A DNA stretch of 64,000 nt, from positions 17,305-81,304 of the forward strand of contig DARE01000053.1 of the NCBI GenBank assembly GCA_002503205.1, read 5' to 3'. Source of the stretch: Thermoplasmatales archaeon UBA447 (GTDB lineage: Archaea; Thermoplasmatota; Thermoplasmata; Thermoplasmatales; Thermoplasmataceae). Of this stretch, positions 41,212 through 52,143 are shown piece by piece. Each line of letters starts with the position of its first letter. Position 1 is the stretch's first letter. The notes under the pieces are model-generated. The model did no database searches. It saw nothing but the letters and a program-made list of their open reading frames with translations, and was not told where the DNA came from. A program made the translations under genes and the position numbers.

Positions 41212-42983
41212 GTTATGTCTCCACGGATTCAACAGGAGGAACAAACTTCTGGGTGTCGTTCTTTGAAAGCCAGCGCCTCGTTTCAGGCACCATCATAATT
41301 CTGATCTATATTCTGCTTCTCTCTATCTTTGCGTATCTGATATCCGGGTATATAGCAAAGCTTTACAGAGGTGAAAAAACCTGGCTTGATCCAATATCGG
41401 GCAGATTAGTCAACTTCTTCATAAACATTTTTGGTGAAGATGCTAAAAAGGACACAAAGATGAGAGAATATTTTATCACGCTCCTTATTTTCAATGCAGC
41501 AGCAGGTATTTTTGCTTTTATTTTCTTTTATTTTCAGACCTATTTTCCCTTTGCAGGAGTAACTCATAACTATTCTTTTTCGCTTTCGTTCAACACAGTC
41601 ACATCTTTCCTGACAAATACGAATCTTCAACATTATTCAGATCCTCTTCATCTTTCTTACCTGAGCAAGACCTTTGTCCTCACAGGCCTTATGTTTCTTG
41701 CCGCGGCAACTGGCTTTGCTGTGTCCATGGCTTTCATACGGGGAATACTCAACGAAAACGGAAGGATAGGAAATTTTTACAGGGATTTTCTTGTATCAGT
41801 ATTCTACCTGATACTGCCACTTACTATTCTTGTAACAATAATATTCATACTTTCTGGGGTTCCGCAGGATCTTAGCCAGTACGTTAATGTCAACCCTATC
41901 CTCTCCGGAGGGATTCAGCGGCTCCCCCTTGGCCCAGTGGCCACCTGGGAGGCCATAAAAAACATTGGCACCAATGGTGGAGGCTTCTATGGTTCAAATG
42001 CTGCCATGCCTCTTGAAAACCCAAACTGGTTCACAAATCTGGTTGAGTTTCTCTCCTTTACCGTAATACCTCTGGGTTCTATACTTTCATTAGGAAAGGT
42101 ATTCAACAACAGAGGATTCGCACGAACACTATATATTGTGCTGATTTCAATATTCTTTTTCACAACATTCATGACGTTTTTCGCAGAATACAGTGGGATC
42201 CCCTCAATAACCTCACTCGGCACCCTGTTCACAGGTAACATGATGGGAAAAGAGACTGCCATAGGGATCTCTCAGTCATCCATATTCTCTTCTGGGGCAG
42301 TTTTCACATCAACTGGAGCAGCTGATTCTGTTCTTCTTGCTTTTACTCCGGCCGGTCTCCTTGGGCTTATGGGTAACCTGATCCTGAATGATCCTCTGGG
42401 TGGTGTTGGGACTGGTGTCCTGAACATATTCATGTATGTGATTTTCGCAATTTTCATCACATCACTGATGGTGGGGAAGCTTCCGGAGCTAATGAGTATA
42501 AAAATCAGCTCCAAGGAGATCAAATACTCAACACTGTCTCTTGTCACGCATCCCCTGCTTGTTCTGATCCCATTTGGGATAACCATGCTTCTTCCTGCTC
42601 TGGTTATAGGCGATCCAAATCCCAGACCAGATGTCATATCCAGTGTTCTCTATGAATTCCTTAGCGCAGCTTCAAACAATGGTTCTGAGGTGGGCGGTTT
42701 CGCAACCAATACTGCCTTCTTCAACATTGCAGACGGCATCCTGATGCTAATGGGCCGTTTTATTCTGATGGGGTTACAGCTGGCAATTGCACAGTCATTT
42801 GCCACTAAGAGCCCGAAAGTTGAAACGGGGAGGACAATAGAAACTGGGTCACCCTTATTCGCTCTTATGCTCTTTGTCACAATTATAATGCTCGGAGTAC
42901 TTTCTTTCTTTCCGGTCCTCGCCCTGGGCCCATTCCTGTCCTGGGCAAAGGACTTTAATCTATTTATAGGGGGGTTGTTATGA
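41208..42983 (+). CDS. kdpA: K+-transporting ATPase subunit A
   Basis: TNTNLQHY, GTNGGGF, STGA, NNGS pore motifs. Confidence 0.95.
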   Translation: MSYVSTDSTGGTNFWVSFFESQRLVSGTIIILIYILLLSIFAYLISGYIAKLYRGEKTWLDPISGRLVNFFINIFGEDAKKDTKMREYFITLLIFNAAAGIFAFIFFYFQTYFPFAGVTHNYSFSLSFNTVTSFLTNTNLQHYSDPLHLSYLSKTFVLTGLMFLAAATGFAVSMAFIRGILNENGRIGNFYRDFLVSVFYLILPLTILVTIIFILSGVPQDLSQYVNVNPILSGGIQRLPLGPVATWEAIKNIGTNGGGFYGSNAAMPLENPNWFTNLVEFLSFTVIPLGSILSLGKVFNNRGFARTLYIVLISIFFFTTFMTFFAEYSGIPSITSLGTLFTGNMMGKETAIGISQSSIFSSGAVFTSTGAADSVLLAFTPAGLLGLMGNLILNDPLGGVGTGVLNIFMYVIFAIFITSLMVGKLPELMSIKISSKEIKYSTLSLVTHPLLVLIPFGITMLLPALVIGDPNPRPDVISSVLYEFLSAASNNGSEVGGFATNTAFFNIADGILMLMGRFILMGLQLAIAQSFATKSPKVETGRTIETGSPLFALMLFVTIIMLGVLSFFPVLALGPFLSWAKDFNLFIGGLL

Positions 42984-44974
42984 AAAACAGGTTTCTCGAT
43001 GCCCTCCTTAATTCGATTTATGGTTTCCTTCCATGGCGCCTTCTGTCATCACCTGTCATGTTTGTGACTGAGATAGCCTTTATAATATCCGTATTTGCCG
43101 CAATTTTCCCTGCCCAGTTTGGAATACCTTATACTCCTGTGTATCTGGATTTCTATGTGTCGGTGGCCCTGATGCTGTTTCTCACCATCCTGTTCTCTAA
43201 CCTGAGTTCATCTCTTTCAGAGGGCAAAAGCAAGGCAATCACAGAATCCCTGAAGAGCCTCAGGAAGGAGGTAACCGGAAAACAAGTTACTGATAATGGA
43301 ATCCAGGAAGTTTCCTATTCCAATCTGAAAAAAGGAGACATTCTCAGGATAGAAAAGGGAGATACAATCCCAATTGACGGGGAGATCATAGAGGGAACCG
43401 GTTTTGTCAATGAGTCAAGCATAACCGGGGAATCAAGGCCTTCACGCAAGATTCTTGGTGACAGTGTCACAGGTGGAACTATTCTTGTGACAGATAGCCT
43501 GCTCGTTAAGGTTACAAGCAATCCTGGAGAAACCTTCCTTGACAGGATGATCAACATTGTGGAATCTTCCAAGAGAATGAAGACACCAAATGAAATCGCA
43601 CTCACAGTTTTTCTCAGCGGGGTTACTCTGGTCTTCCTGGTAGTTGTAAGCGCGGTGTTTGCAGAATCCGGATTTCTTTCCGTAACGCCCAATCTTGTAA
43701 TTTTCATAGTTCTTCTCATTGCCCTTATTCCCACAACGATTGGAGGGCTTCTCCCAGCCATAGGTATCGCCTCAATCAACAAAATAGCCCAGTATAATAT
43801 AATTGCAAAGAGCGGGAAATCAGTGGAGAATGCCGGAGACATTGATACAATCATTCTTGATAAGACCGGGACAGTTACGATGGGAGACAGAAGGGCTGTA
43901 AAATTTTACCCTAAGAAGGGTGTTGAATACATTGACTTTGTCCGTGCCTGTGCCCTTGCATCCCTTAAGGACCAGACCGCAGAGGGGATGTCAATCGTGA
44001 AGCTTGCGGCCTCAGAAGGCGTCACTTCAGAAATGAAGGATCTGGAAGGATATGATTTCATTCCATTTTCGGCTGAGACCAAATACAGTGGAATTAAATC
44101 TACAGGTGAAGAGATAGTAAAGGGGGCGCTCAAATCAATAAAGGCGAAGTACAAGATATCTGATGTGTATCTTGAGGGTCTCTGCAATGGCATATCTGCC
44201 AGAGGAGGAACTGCCCTGGCAGTTGCGAGAAACGGAGAATTCCTTGGGGTAATTGAATTAAACGATATGTTGAAACCAGGCATCAGGCAGAGGCTTGAAC
44301 TTCTGAAAAAAATGAACATCAAGACAATTATGTGCACCGGCGATGATGACATTACTGCCGCCTATATAGCCAAGGAGAGCGGAATTGACGAATATGTTGC
44401 CAACAGCACCCCTATGGACAAGTATAATGTAGTTCTCCGGGAGAAGGATAGGCAGAGGATGGTTGCTATGGTTGGAGATGGCACAAATGATGCCCCTGCC
44501 CTTGCACAGGCCGACGTTGGAATGGCAATGAATAGCGGAACACAGGCCGCTAAGGAGGCAGCAAACATGGTGGATCTTGACAGCGACCCGACAAAGTTGA
44601 TGGATGTCATATTTCTGGGGAAGCAGATACTGATAACAAGAGGGTCTCTCACAGCATTCAGTGTTGCAAATGACTTCTCAAAATATTTCGTAATAGTGCC
44701 AGCCATATTCAGTGTGTTCCCTCAGCTAGGATTCCTGAACATACTTGGCCTGACAGATCCACTTGTTGCAATAACTTCCGCCCTAATCTTCAATACTCTG
44801 ATACTTCTGATGCTTGTTCCTCTTGCTCTTAGGGGTGTAAGATACAAACCAACATCCATAAATGATCTACTGAAGAGAAATATAACCATCTACGGGCTTG
44901 GAGGAGTCATTTTTCCCTTCATAGTTATTAAGGTGATCTATCTGATCCTTGTAGCAGGAGGTGTGCACTGGTGA
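42980..44974 (+). CDS. kdpB: K+-transporting ATPase subunit B
   Basis: TGES, IPTTIGGL, DKTGT, GDGTNDAPALA, ANDFSKYF. Confidence 0.97.
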   Translation: MKNRFLDALLNSIYGFLPWRLLSSPVMFVTEIAFIISVFAAIFPAQFGIPYTPVYLDFYVSVALMLFLTILFSNLSSSLSEGKSKAITESLKSLRKEVTGKQVTDNGIQEVSYSNLKKGDILRIEKGDTIPIDGEIIEGTGFVNESSITGESRPSRKILGDSVTGGTILVTDSLLVKVTSNPGETFLDRMINIVESSKRMKTPNEIALTVFLSGVTLVFLVVVSAVFAESGFLSVTPNLVIFIVLLIALIPTTIGGLLPAIGIASINKIAQYNIIAKSGKSVENAGDIDTIILDKTGTVTMGDRRAVKFYPKKGVEYIDFVRACALASLKDQTAEGMSIVKLAASEGVTSEMKDLEGYDFIPFSAETKYSGIKSTGEEIVKGALKSIKAKYKISDVYLEGLCNGISARGGTALAVARNGEFLGVIELNDMLKPGIRQRLELLKKMNIKTIMCTGDDDITAAYIAKESGIDEYVANSTPMDKYNVVLREKDRQRMVAMVGDGTNDAPALAQADVGMAMNSGTQAAKEAANMVDLDSDPTKLMDVIFLGKQILITRGSLTAFSVANDFSKYFVIVPAIFSVFPQLGFLNILGLTDPLVAITSALIFNTLILLMLVPLALRGVRYKPTSINDLLKRNITIYGLGGVIFPFIVIKVIYLILVAGGVHW

Positions 44975-45603
44975 AGCCTAAATCTGTCATAAAGCTGTTT
45001 GCGTTCGCTGCCCTGTTCATGTTCATTCTGGGTTTCGTATATCCCACCGTATCATCTCTGGCGGCAGAAGGCCTTGATCCATTCCAGGCCAACGGATCAC
45101 TGATAGAGGACAACGGAACTGTCTACGGCTCATATCTGCTGGCACAGGCATTCAACGAATCCTATTTCTTCCAACCAAGGCCATCTGCGACAGGGTACAA
45201 TTACACAGGCTCAGGCTCCGGCCCCTATGCTCTTGATGCGAACCAGACTCTGAACCAGACCAGGAATTTAATTAACAAATTCATAAGTGATAACCCAACT
45301 GTCAACATTTCCAAAATTCCCTACTCGATGGTATCATATTCAGGTTCAGGAGTCGATCCGGATATACCCCTACTGGGGGCGCAGGACCAGATACCCCGTA
45401 TAACCGGCTCACTGCATTCTATCCTTCTTGTTTCAGGGAAGAATGTGAGCAACTCGTCCCTGGAGTCATTCCTCAATAAAACCGTTTCAAAGTATGTTGT
45501 GCAGAATTTCCCACTCTTCGGATCCTATTACGTCAATACAGTACAGCTTAATTTTGCAATACTGAATCTCCTAATTGGCTACGGTGCAATAAAGGGCTAC
45601 TGA
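44971..45603 (+). CDS. kdpC: K+-transporting ATPase subunit C
   Basis: QANGSL, YFFQPRPSA, SGSGVDP. Confidence 0.93.
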   Translation: MKPKSVIKLFAFAALFMFILGFVYPTVSSLAAEGLDPFQANGSLIEDNGTVYGSYLLAQAFNESYFFQPRPSATGYNYTGSGSGPYALDANQTLNQTRNLINKFISDNPTVNISKIPYSMVSYSGSGVDPDIPLLGAQDQIPRITGSLHSILLVSGKNVSNSSLESFLNKTVSKYVVQNFPLFGSYYVNTVQLNFAILNLLIGYGAIKGY

Positions 45604-45627
45604 GACAATATCCAAATTTATGCCAGG

Positions 45628-46446
45628 CTATTTTCTCAGTACAGCCGTGTCAATTGGGGATTCCTTAATCAGGGCCTTCAGTGTCGAGTTTACCCTAATT
45701 TTCCTGTCCTGAGCAAAGCGCAGGCCAAGCACAAGGAGATCAGCACTGTACTCTTTTATAGCACCGTTTATCTGGTTGGTAATTGTTCCGCCATCTCCTC
45801 CTCTGACAACTGTTATTCCCTCACCAAACCTGGTGTGGATCTCCCCCAGGTTATCAAAAAGGTGCTGAAAACCATGGGTTTTCTTTTCATCAAACTTTCT
45901 GAGATCCAGGAGTGTCAGGGAAGCATTCGAGCTTTTCATCAGGTGAAGGGCGAAGGAGACTGCCATTCTGTTGTTGATTGTTTCTGACACGGGCAGGAGT
46001 ATATTCCTGTACGGAAGTTCATTTCTCTTTATGCTGAATACAACGACTGGTGTTGTGCTGTTCTTTATAACATAGTCACCTATGGTACCGAATGTGCTCC
46101 CGGACAAGCCGCTTCTCCTGTGGGTTCCCATGAGAACAAGATCATAATTTTTCTCCTTGAGTTCATCAACAATTCCAGTTTTTATGTTCCTCGCTGTCCT
46201 TACTCTGGGAACAACCTTGATATTGCGTTCTTTCCCGTCTTCGTAGGCGTTGGTGATTATTCTGACCTTGTCGCTCCACGTGAGCTCTTTCATCTCCTCT
46301 TTCACGGTCAGTGCAGTTATCTCACCCGAGTACTTGCCTGCAAGATAAAATGCGATTTCTAAAGGAAGGCGTGATTGCTGGCCCTTGGCCATAGGGACCA
46401 TAATTTTTTCGAATTTAACAACATATGACCTTGCATTGGAGAACAT
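45628..46446 (-). CDS. Universal stress protein (two USP domains)
   Basis: DLVLMGTHRRSG...GTIGDYV; second USP repeat. Confidence 0.85.
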   Translation of the reverse strand: MFSNARSYVVKFEKIMVPMAKGQQSRLPLEIAFYLAGKYSGEITALTVKEEMKELTWSDKVRIITNAYEDGKERNIKVVPRVRTARNIKTGIVDELKEKNYDLVLMGTHRRSGLSGSTFGTIGDYVIKNSTTPVVVFSIKRNELPYRNILLPVSETINNRMAVSFALHLMKSSNASLTLLDLRKFDEKKTHGFQHLFDNLGEIHTRFGEGITVVRGGDGGTITNQINGAIKEYSADLLVLGLRFAQDRKIRVNSTLKALIKESPIDTAVLRK

Positions 46447-46628
46447 TATAAAATATAATACCTAATAGATATTTATATTATTGCAATTCGTTTTCTTCGA
46501 AGTTAATGATTGACTTAAAAACTACACACTAATGCTGTACCACAATATTTTATAATTGTGTTGTATTATAAAACGCACTGTCATTGTCTGTCACTTAAGC
46601 CAGAATTAAAATATGATCTCCACATGCT

Positions 46629-47120
46629 ATGTCAGTGCACATTCCGTCTGTGGTAATAAGAAGGAAAGAGATAGTAGGACGAAAGACAGCATATGATCTC
46701 ATGAAGGAGGGGATTGAGGAGCTTATGGTCTGCGATCTGGATTCAATCATAGACGGCAAGACAAATTTCAAACTCTACAATGAGCTTTCAAAATTTTTTG
46801 AGTTTACTGTGTTTAACCTGATATACACTGTTGGAGATCTGGTCGATTCCTTTGTAGCAGGTGCATCGAAGGTTGTTGTGAGCCCGGATCTCACTGCTGA
46901 TAGGCTTGTATCTTTCCTGGAAATCAGCCAGAATGTGGTCGACCCCAACTCCTCAAGATTCAGTATATTTCAGAAGTCAGGAGGAAAATATGTTATGGTC
47001 TCCGGACGAATGCCATATCAGAATTTTAGTGGAGTATACAACATTGGTCCAAGCATGGGTGGTGACAATACAATAAATGTTGATAATTTTCCCTCAGAAC
47101 TGAATCATTTTATCACATGA
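46629..47120 (+). CDS. Short HisA/HisF-like barrel protein
   Basis: HIPSV, ELMVCDLDS, AGASKVVV resemble the N-terminal half of HisA. Confidence 0.5.
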   Translation: MSVHIPSVVIRRKEIVGRKTAYDLMKEGIEELMVCDLDSIIDGKTNFKLYNELSKFFEFTVFNLIYTVGDLVDSFVAGASKVVVSPDLTADRLVSFLEISQNVVDPNSSRFSIFQKSGGKYVMVSGRMPYQNFSGVYNIGPSMGGDNTINVDNFPSELNHFIT

Positions 47121-47200
47121 TTCAGGGAACTGGGCAATAATATACCTGTAAATTGAAAATCAAAAAGAATAATATATATTATTGGTGTTTGACGTCTTAA

Positions 47201-48475
47201 TTGTCTGAACCAGACCTTTCAAAGCCAAAGAATAATGGCATAAATCCTTTCGTCACTGGTCTTTCCATTGTGAATCTCTTCTATTCTCTCCTTATGACTC
47301 TCTTCGGCTATACACTTTATCTGCTTCTGGAGAGGGAAGGTGTATCTCTTTACTGGGGTGCTCTCGGAGTATCTCTTGGTCAGCTTGCTCTTTTAGCAAT
47401 ACTGATTCCACAGGGTAGGGCCATAGACAGGGGATACACCTATTCAATTATGGTGGCTGGTTCTATCATATATTCACTGTCTATTGGAGTGCTGTTCTTC
47501 TCAGGCACACTATTCCGGGATGGCCTGATATTTGCAATACCCTTGGCAATTCTGATAGCAACTGCCAGTCAGAATGCCTTCAGATCATCGATGAACTCTT
47601 TTATTGGGAAGGCCGTAAGGAGCTCACTTATGGGTTCAAATTATGCAAGGATTCTCACAATGGAAATGGTTGGAGGGGCTTTGGCAATGGTGGTGGCATA
47701 CATAATAGGCGAAACCTCATCCATAAGGTATGCATACATTATATTCCCGGCCATTCTCATAATAACTGTGTCTCTTATTTTCACTGTCCTGTATAGAGAC
47801 AGCAGAACAAGCATGGCACTTCAGGTCTCCAGCATTCCTCCGCAGTCCCTGAGGCAAGGGTTGAGAAACCTTGGCTCAAGAAAGAGGTTCCTGATTCCGA
47901 TCTATTCTGGTAAAATCTTCATGGCTATCGGCTTCTACGGTTTTTCTTACTATTTCATTTTGACAGGAGTGAATCTGGGCCTTGGCCCAGAAGTTCCCAT
48001 CCTGCTGCTTGCTGCAGTCTTTGCTGCCTCCATACCATTTGGAAAGATTGCTGAATCTGTGCTTCAGAAATTTCCTAACTTGGGTAAGGCATATGTGATT
48101 ATGATAAGCATCATAGATGTATTCTCATATCTTTTGATATTCCTCTCAACACTTACAGGAAATGGAATTCTATATTTTGCATCGGTCGCAGTCATGATCC
48201 CGGGCCCTCTTCCAACCTCTGGTGCCCTTGGGTATGAGGTAAGAATGGTTGGAAAGGAGAACAGGGGGATATACACCTCTTTCCAGAGGATACTGGTTGC
48301 AATAGCCTTTATTGTGGTCAGTTTTCCAATGGTCGAACTTTACTACAGGAATGTCTATCTGCTCTGGCTTTTCATACTGTCAACATCCCTGATGGGCCTG
48401 ATATCAGGCATACTGTTGCCTGGTGAGAAAAAGAACAGGGAAATTATGACCAATGATGGAAGTACTGTAAATTAA
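47201..48475 (+). CDS. MFS transporter
   Basis: GRAIDRG motif A-like; about 12 TM segments. Confidence 0.8.
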   Translation: MSEPDLSKPKNNGINPFVTGLSIVNLFYSLLMTLFGYTLYLLLEREGVSLYWGALGVSLGQLALLAILIPQGRAIDRGYTYSIMVAGSIIYSLSIGVLFFSGTLFRDGLIFAIPLAILIATASQNAFRSSMNSFIGKAVRSSLMGSNYARILTMEMVGGALAMVVAYIIGETSSIRYAYIIFPAILIITVSLIFTVLYRDSRTSMALQVSSIPPQSLRQGLRNLGSRKRFLIPIYSGKIFMAIGFYGFSYYFILTGVNLGLGPEVPILLLAAVFAASIPFGKIAESVLQKFPNLGKAYVIMISIIDVFSYLLIFLSTLTGNGILYFASVAVMIPGPLPTSGALGYEVRMVGKENRGIYTSFQRILVAIAFIVVSFPMVELYYRNVYLLWLFILSTSLMGLISGILLPGEKKNREIMTNDGSTVN

Positions 48476-48500
48476 ATAATCCAGAGCAGCATTCAGCCAC

Positions 48501-49052
48501 ATGGATATAGGAAAAAATTCTGTTCTTATTCCAATTGATATTCAGAAAGGCTTCATGGAGGGCAAATACAGGAACAGGAACAATCCTGATTTCGAAAGGA
48601 ATGTATCAGAACTTATGAAATACTGGCGTGAATCAGGTGGGCGCATAATTCACGTAAGGCATGATTCCCTCAGTGAGTCATCTCCCCTAAAGGCAGGAAA
48701 ACCTGGGTTCAATTTCTTCAGGGAAGCTGAGCCCCTGGACTCTGAGACCATTATAACGAAACATGTGCACAGCGCTTTCATAGGCACAGATCTTCTAAAA
48801 ATGCTGAATTCGATGGAGAAACCGGAACTTTATTTCATGGGTATTACCACAGACCACTGCGTGAGCACCTCGGTTCGTATGGCCTCAGATTATGGCTTCA
48901 ATACATCACTGGTATATGACGCCTGTGCCACATTTGACAGGAGATCTGCTGACGGTTCTTTAATAGACTCGCAATTAGTTCATGATTCAGCCATTGCATC
49001 ACTTAAGGGGGAGTTCTGCAAGGTACTTTACACCAGGGACATTATTTCTTAG
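48501..49052 (+). CDS. Isochorismatase-family cysteine hydrolase
   Basis: IDIQ, K..HSAF.GT, GITTDHCV (D-K-C triad). Confidence 0.9.
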   Translation: MDIGKNSVLIPIDIQKGFMEGKYRNRNNPDFERNVSELMKYWRESGGRIIHVRHDSLSESSPLKAGKPGFNFFREAEPLDSETIITKHVHSAFIGTDLLKMLNSMEKPELYFMGITTDHCVSTSVRMASDYGFNTSLVYDACATFDRRSADGSLIDSQLVHDSAIASLKGEFCKVLYTRDIIS

Positions 49053-49193
49053 CTCTGAGAATGGTTAAAAAAAGGATACTTCCTAAATAGTCGCCCATAA
49101 TTCAAGGAAAGATTTATGCTCAATAAAATCTGTTAACGCGGATTATGGTACACATTCACCAACTATTTAAGGCGTGAATGAATTCTAAACTAT

Positions 49194-49487
49194 ATGATAA
49201 ACGTTGGATTCTTCTATTCTGTAATTCCCGGCAAGGAGGAAGAGTTTGAAACAACATTCAAGGAAGTTGTAAAGTTTCTTAGAACCGGTCATTCTGGAAT
49301 CAAGGACGCAAAACTCTACAGGGATGTTGATCAACCAGGAGAGTTCATGATTTTCACAGAATGGGACACCGTTGAATCCTTCAAGGACTTTACCACCAGC
49401 AGGCCTTTCAAGAATACAACAGAGGCAGGAAAGCAGATTTTAAAGTCCCACCCCCGGCACATAGTGCTCAGGGCAGAGAACATCTGA
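49194..49487 (+). CDS. Antibiotic biosynthesis monooxygenase (ABM) family protein
   Basis: VIPGKEEEFE, FTEWDTVESF dimeric alpha-beta barrel pattern. Confidence 0.8.
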   Translation: MINVGFFYSVIPGKEEEFETTFKEVVKFLRTGHSGIKDAKLYRDVDQPGEFMIFTEWDTVESFKDFTTSRPFKNTTEAGKQILKSHPRHIVLRAENI

Positions 49488-49644
49488 TCCTTAAAACAAG
49501 TACTCACCTTATTTTTTCCAGTTCTTCAGGGTTTAGCCATTACATCAAATTGTCTCCCATTGCGGAAAAATTTTTCCCACAGCAGAAAACCGCCGTAGAA
49601 AAATAAACTCATAAAATTTAAGGAAAGAGATTAAAATAGGTATT

Positions 49645-50595
49645 TTAGACAGATTCTGCTAGTTTCCCATTCTGCTTTGTATATATCCTGAAAAACAGGA
49701 TGGTCATTAACAGAAGAATAACTCCACCCACAATTGTTGAATAGAATATCTGCGTCTGCATGGCTGAATTATTGAGTATGGTGTTGATATTCAGAGTTTT
49801 GCCAAGGAGATATGGGTAGTCTGTCAGTGCAAGGAAAAATACTGCCACGGCAAGAAGGCCTTGAAACAGAATTTTGTTGTGTAGATACTTTTTAGCTCCT
49901 TTTAAAAAGTTTAATACAGGAATTGCCAGCGTTATAACAAGAGGTATTGCGACAAAAGGCAGTGTTGTGAGGTCCCCCATCTCATAGAATGAAATTCCTG
50001 CAATAATTACCCCAACAATTACTGTGATGAAAGTCATTATAGGATCGACGAAAAGGTCATAGAATATCGAAGCAAGGCCGAAAAGGATGATAGCAGAGCC
50101 AATTACGAACCCGTCATTTGGAAGGAATGAAACGAACTTAGTTGCATCAAAGCTCTGGAGGCTATAGTTTATCCCGGCTCCACTGATCATTGACGCATAT
50201 ATCATCAGCACCACTGCACCAAGCACAAATGTTACTACTGCATAGATTTTATAAAGGGATTTCCTGTTCGCAAACCTGTTTTTCCAGACATACTCCGCAC
50301 TTATGATTGCAGCATTTCTGAGGATGAACACGATCAGGAAGAACAGTATGTAGCTGATGAACGTGTATGCTATAGGCGGAAGTATTGATGGAACAAGTGC
50401 TTCCAGATTCACTACATAGAACACGAAAAATGTTCCTGTTATTTCCCATATAGGTATGATGAATGGGATGACCTTTTTCTGGCTCTCCTTGTACCTGAAT
50501 AATATCGCGGATGCAGCCATTAGTTCCATTGAAAGCATGGCAAAGAACATGGAGAATATGCCAATATTGATGAATACTTCAGGATGGAGAGACAT
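49645..50595 (-). CDS. cydB: Cytochrome bd oxidase subunit II (divergent)
   Basis: PIWEITGTF motif; overlaps the cydA 3' end. Confidence 0.75.
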   Translation of the reverse strand: MSLHPEVFINIGIFSMFFAMLSMELMAASAILFRYKESQKKVIPFIIPIWEITGTFFVFYVVNLEALVPSILPPIAYTFISYILFFLIVFILRNAAIISAEYVWKNRFANRKSLYKIYAVVTFVLGAVVLMIYASMISGAGINYSLQSFDATKFVSFLPNDGFVIGSAIILFGLASIFYDLFVDPIMTFITVIVGVIIAGISFYEMGDLTTLPFVAIPLVITLAIPVLNFLKGAKKYLHNKILFQGLLAVAVFFLALTDYPYLLGKTLNINTILNNSAMQTQIFYSTIVGGVILLLMTILFFRIYTKQNGKLAESV

Positions 50596-51943
50596 CTTCC
50601 TTTTTCACCCCCGCTGAAAGTTCATCTCCAATTTTACTGTGCTGAAGAAGACGATGTGCAAAGTAGAAGGTAAATGGAACCACTATAAGATAGAACAGTA
50701 TAATGCCTATTCCCAGAGGAATCACACTGGGCGAAGTGTTAGCGGCTGATGAAACTGACATAACATTGTAAATAATCCATGGCTGTCTTCCAACTTCATC
50801 AGTGACCCATCCTGAATCATATACAACCTCAATTAGAACTCCGGCAACAACCATCCCTAAAAGGCTGAGGTTGTTCAGGTAATTCCTCTTTATGATCATC
50901 CTGTAAAGCAGGTAAAGGCCAAACAGCCCTACAAGTGAACCTCCGCCAACCATTGTATCAAAGGTAAGATGGATGAAGAGTGGAGGCCAGTCTGACTTTG
51001 GAAATTGTGACAGGCCTGGTACAACCTGTTTGGAATTGAAGCTGAGGAATGCAAGTATGCTCTGAAGATGTGGTATTGAGATGAAGTAAGCCGGTGCCCC
51101 GTTAACCATTATGCCTCCAAGCCTTTCTGCTGCATCCACTGCAGGATGGAGGTTAAGCTCGATTGCAGCATATTTCAAAGGTTGAAGCGATATGAGCGTT
51201 CTCGCTGCAGAATCTCCGCTTATGCCTGCCAGAACTATTCCTATGAAGCCTGAAACTATGGTTATCTTCATGGCTTTGGAGTAAAGAATCCTTGCCTGGG
51301 TGTCATGATTTTTAATATAGCTGTATGCAAGATATGCCAGGAAGAGGAAAGCACCAGCAGCGAATGTAGCTGTCGTGACATGAGCAACCTCCACAAATCC
51401 AGAGGGTGACATGAAAGCAGCAACAGGATTCACTCCTGTAATGTTTCCTGTCTTGAGGTATTCCGATATGTTGAATCCTGACGGTGTATTCATAAAGGCG
51501 TTAATCAATGTGATAAAAACTGCTGACATCACAGTTCCTATTGCAACCAACACTGAAAGAAGCCAGTGATGGTATCTGTTCTTGAAGTATTCCCAGTAAT
51601 AGACATAAAGGACAAGTGCAATAGCTTCAAGGAAGAAGGCAAAGACCTCATAATAGAATGGAAGAATATCCACTTTACCAATCAGGACCATGAAAGATGG
51701 CCAGAGTGCGAAAAGTTCTACTGCCAGAACAGTACCACTGGCTGTCCCAACAGCAAAGAAGACCACAAGTGCCTTGGAAAACCTTCTGGCAATGGCTTCA
51801 TAATACCGGTCCTTTCTCCTTATCCCAAGAAACTCTGCGGTTGAAATAAGTATAGCAAGCGAAATGCTCAGAGTGACTATGAGAATATGGGCTCCAAGAG
51901 TATACCCCATTAGAAATCTGTCAAAGCCGACGATTGAAACCAT
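50579..51943 (-). CDS. cydA: Cytochrome bd oxidase subunit I
   Basis: N-terminal His, FAVGTASG, EVFAFFLEA, QPLKYAA.E, GWVTDEVGRQPW. Confidence 0.95.
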   Translation of the reverse strand: MVSIVGFDRFLMGYTLGAHILIVTLSISLAILISTAEFLGIRRKDRYYEAIARRFSKALVVFFAVGTASGTVLAVELFALWPSFMVLIGKVDILPFYYEVFAFFLEAIALVLYVYYWEYFKNRYHHWLLSVLVAIGTVMSAVFITLINAFMNTPSGFNISEYLKTGNITGVNPVAAFMSPSGFVEVAHVTTATFAAGAFLFLAYLAYSYIKNHDTQARILYSKAMKITIVSGFIGIVLAGISGDSAARTLISLQPLKYAAIELNLHPAVDAAERLGGIMVNGAPAYFISIPHLQSILAFLSFNSKQVVPGLSQFPKSDWPPLFIHLTFDTMVGGGSLVGLFGLYLLYRMIIKRNYLNNLSLLGMVVAGVLIEVVYDSGWVTDEVGRQPWIIYNVMSVSSAANTSPSVIPLGIGIILFYLIVVPFTFYFAHRLLQHSKIGDELSAGVKKEDVSPS

Positions 51944-52143
51944 AATTGCTTATCTCAATCAAATATTTACGTTATATGGACTAAAAATCACTCCTATTAA
52001 CAATTTCCCAAGGAATGTATCAAAGCAGGCAAAGTTGGATCGTAACCCGTTTTGTGCCCAATTTGTAAATCCTTTAAGAGGTAACAAGAAATTATATTGT
52101 AATTGTTGGTTCAGGAAACAAATTCAATTCCATCGCATTAAAG

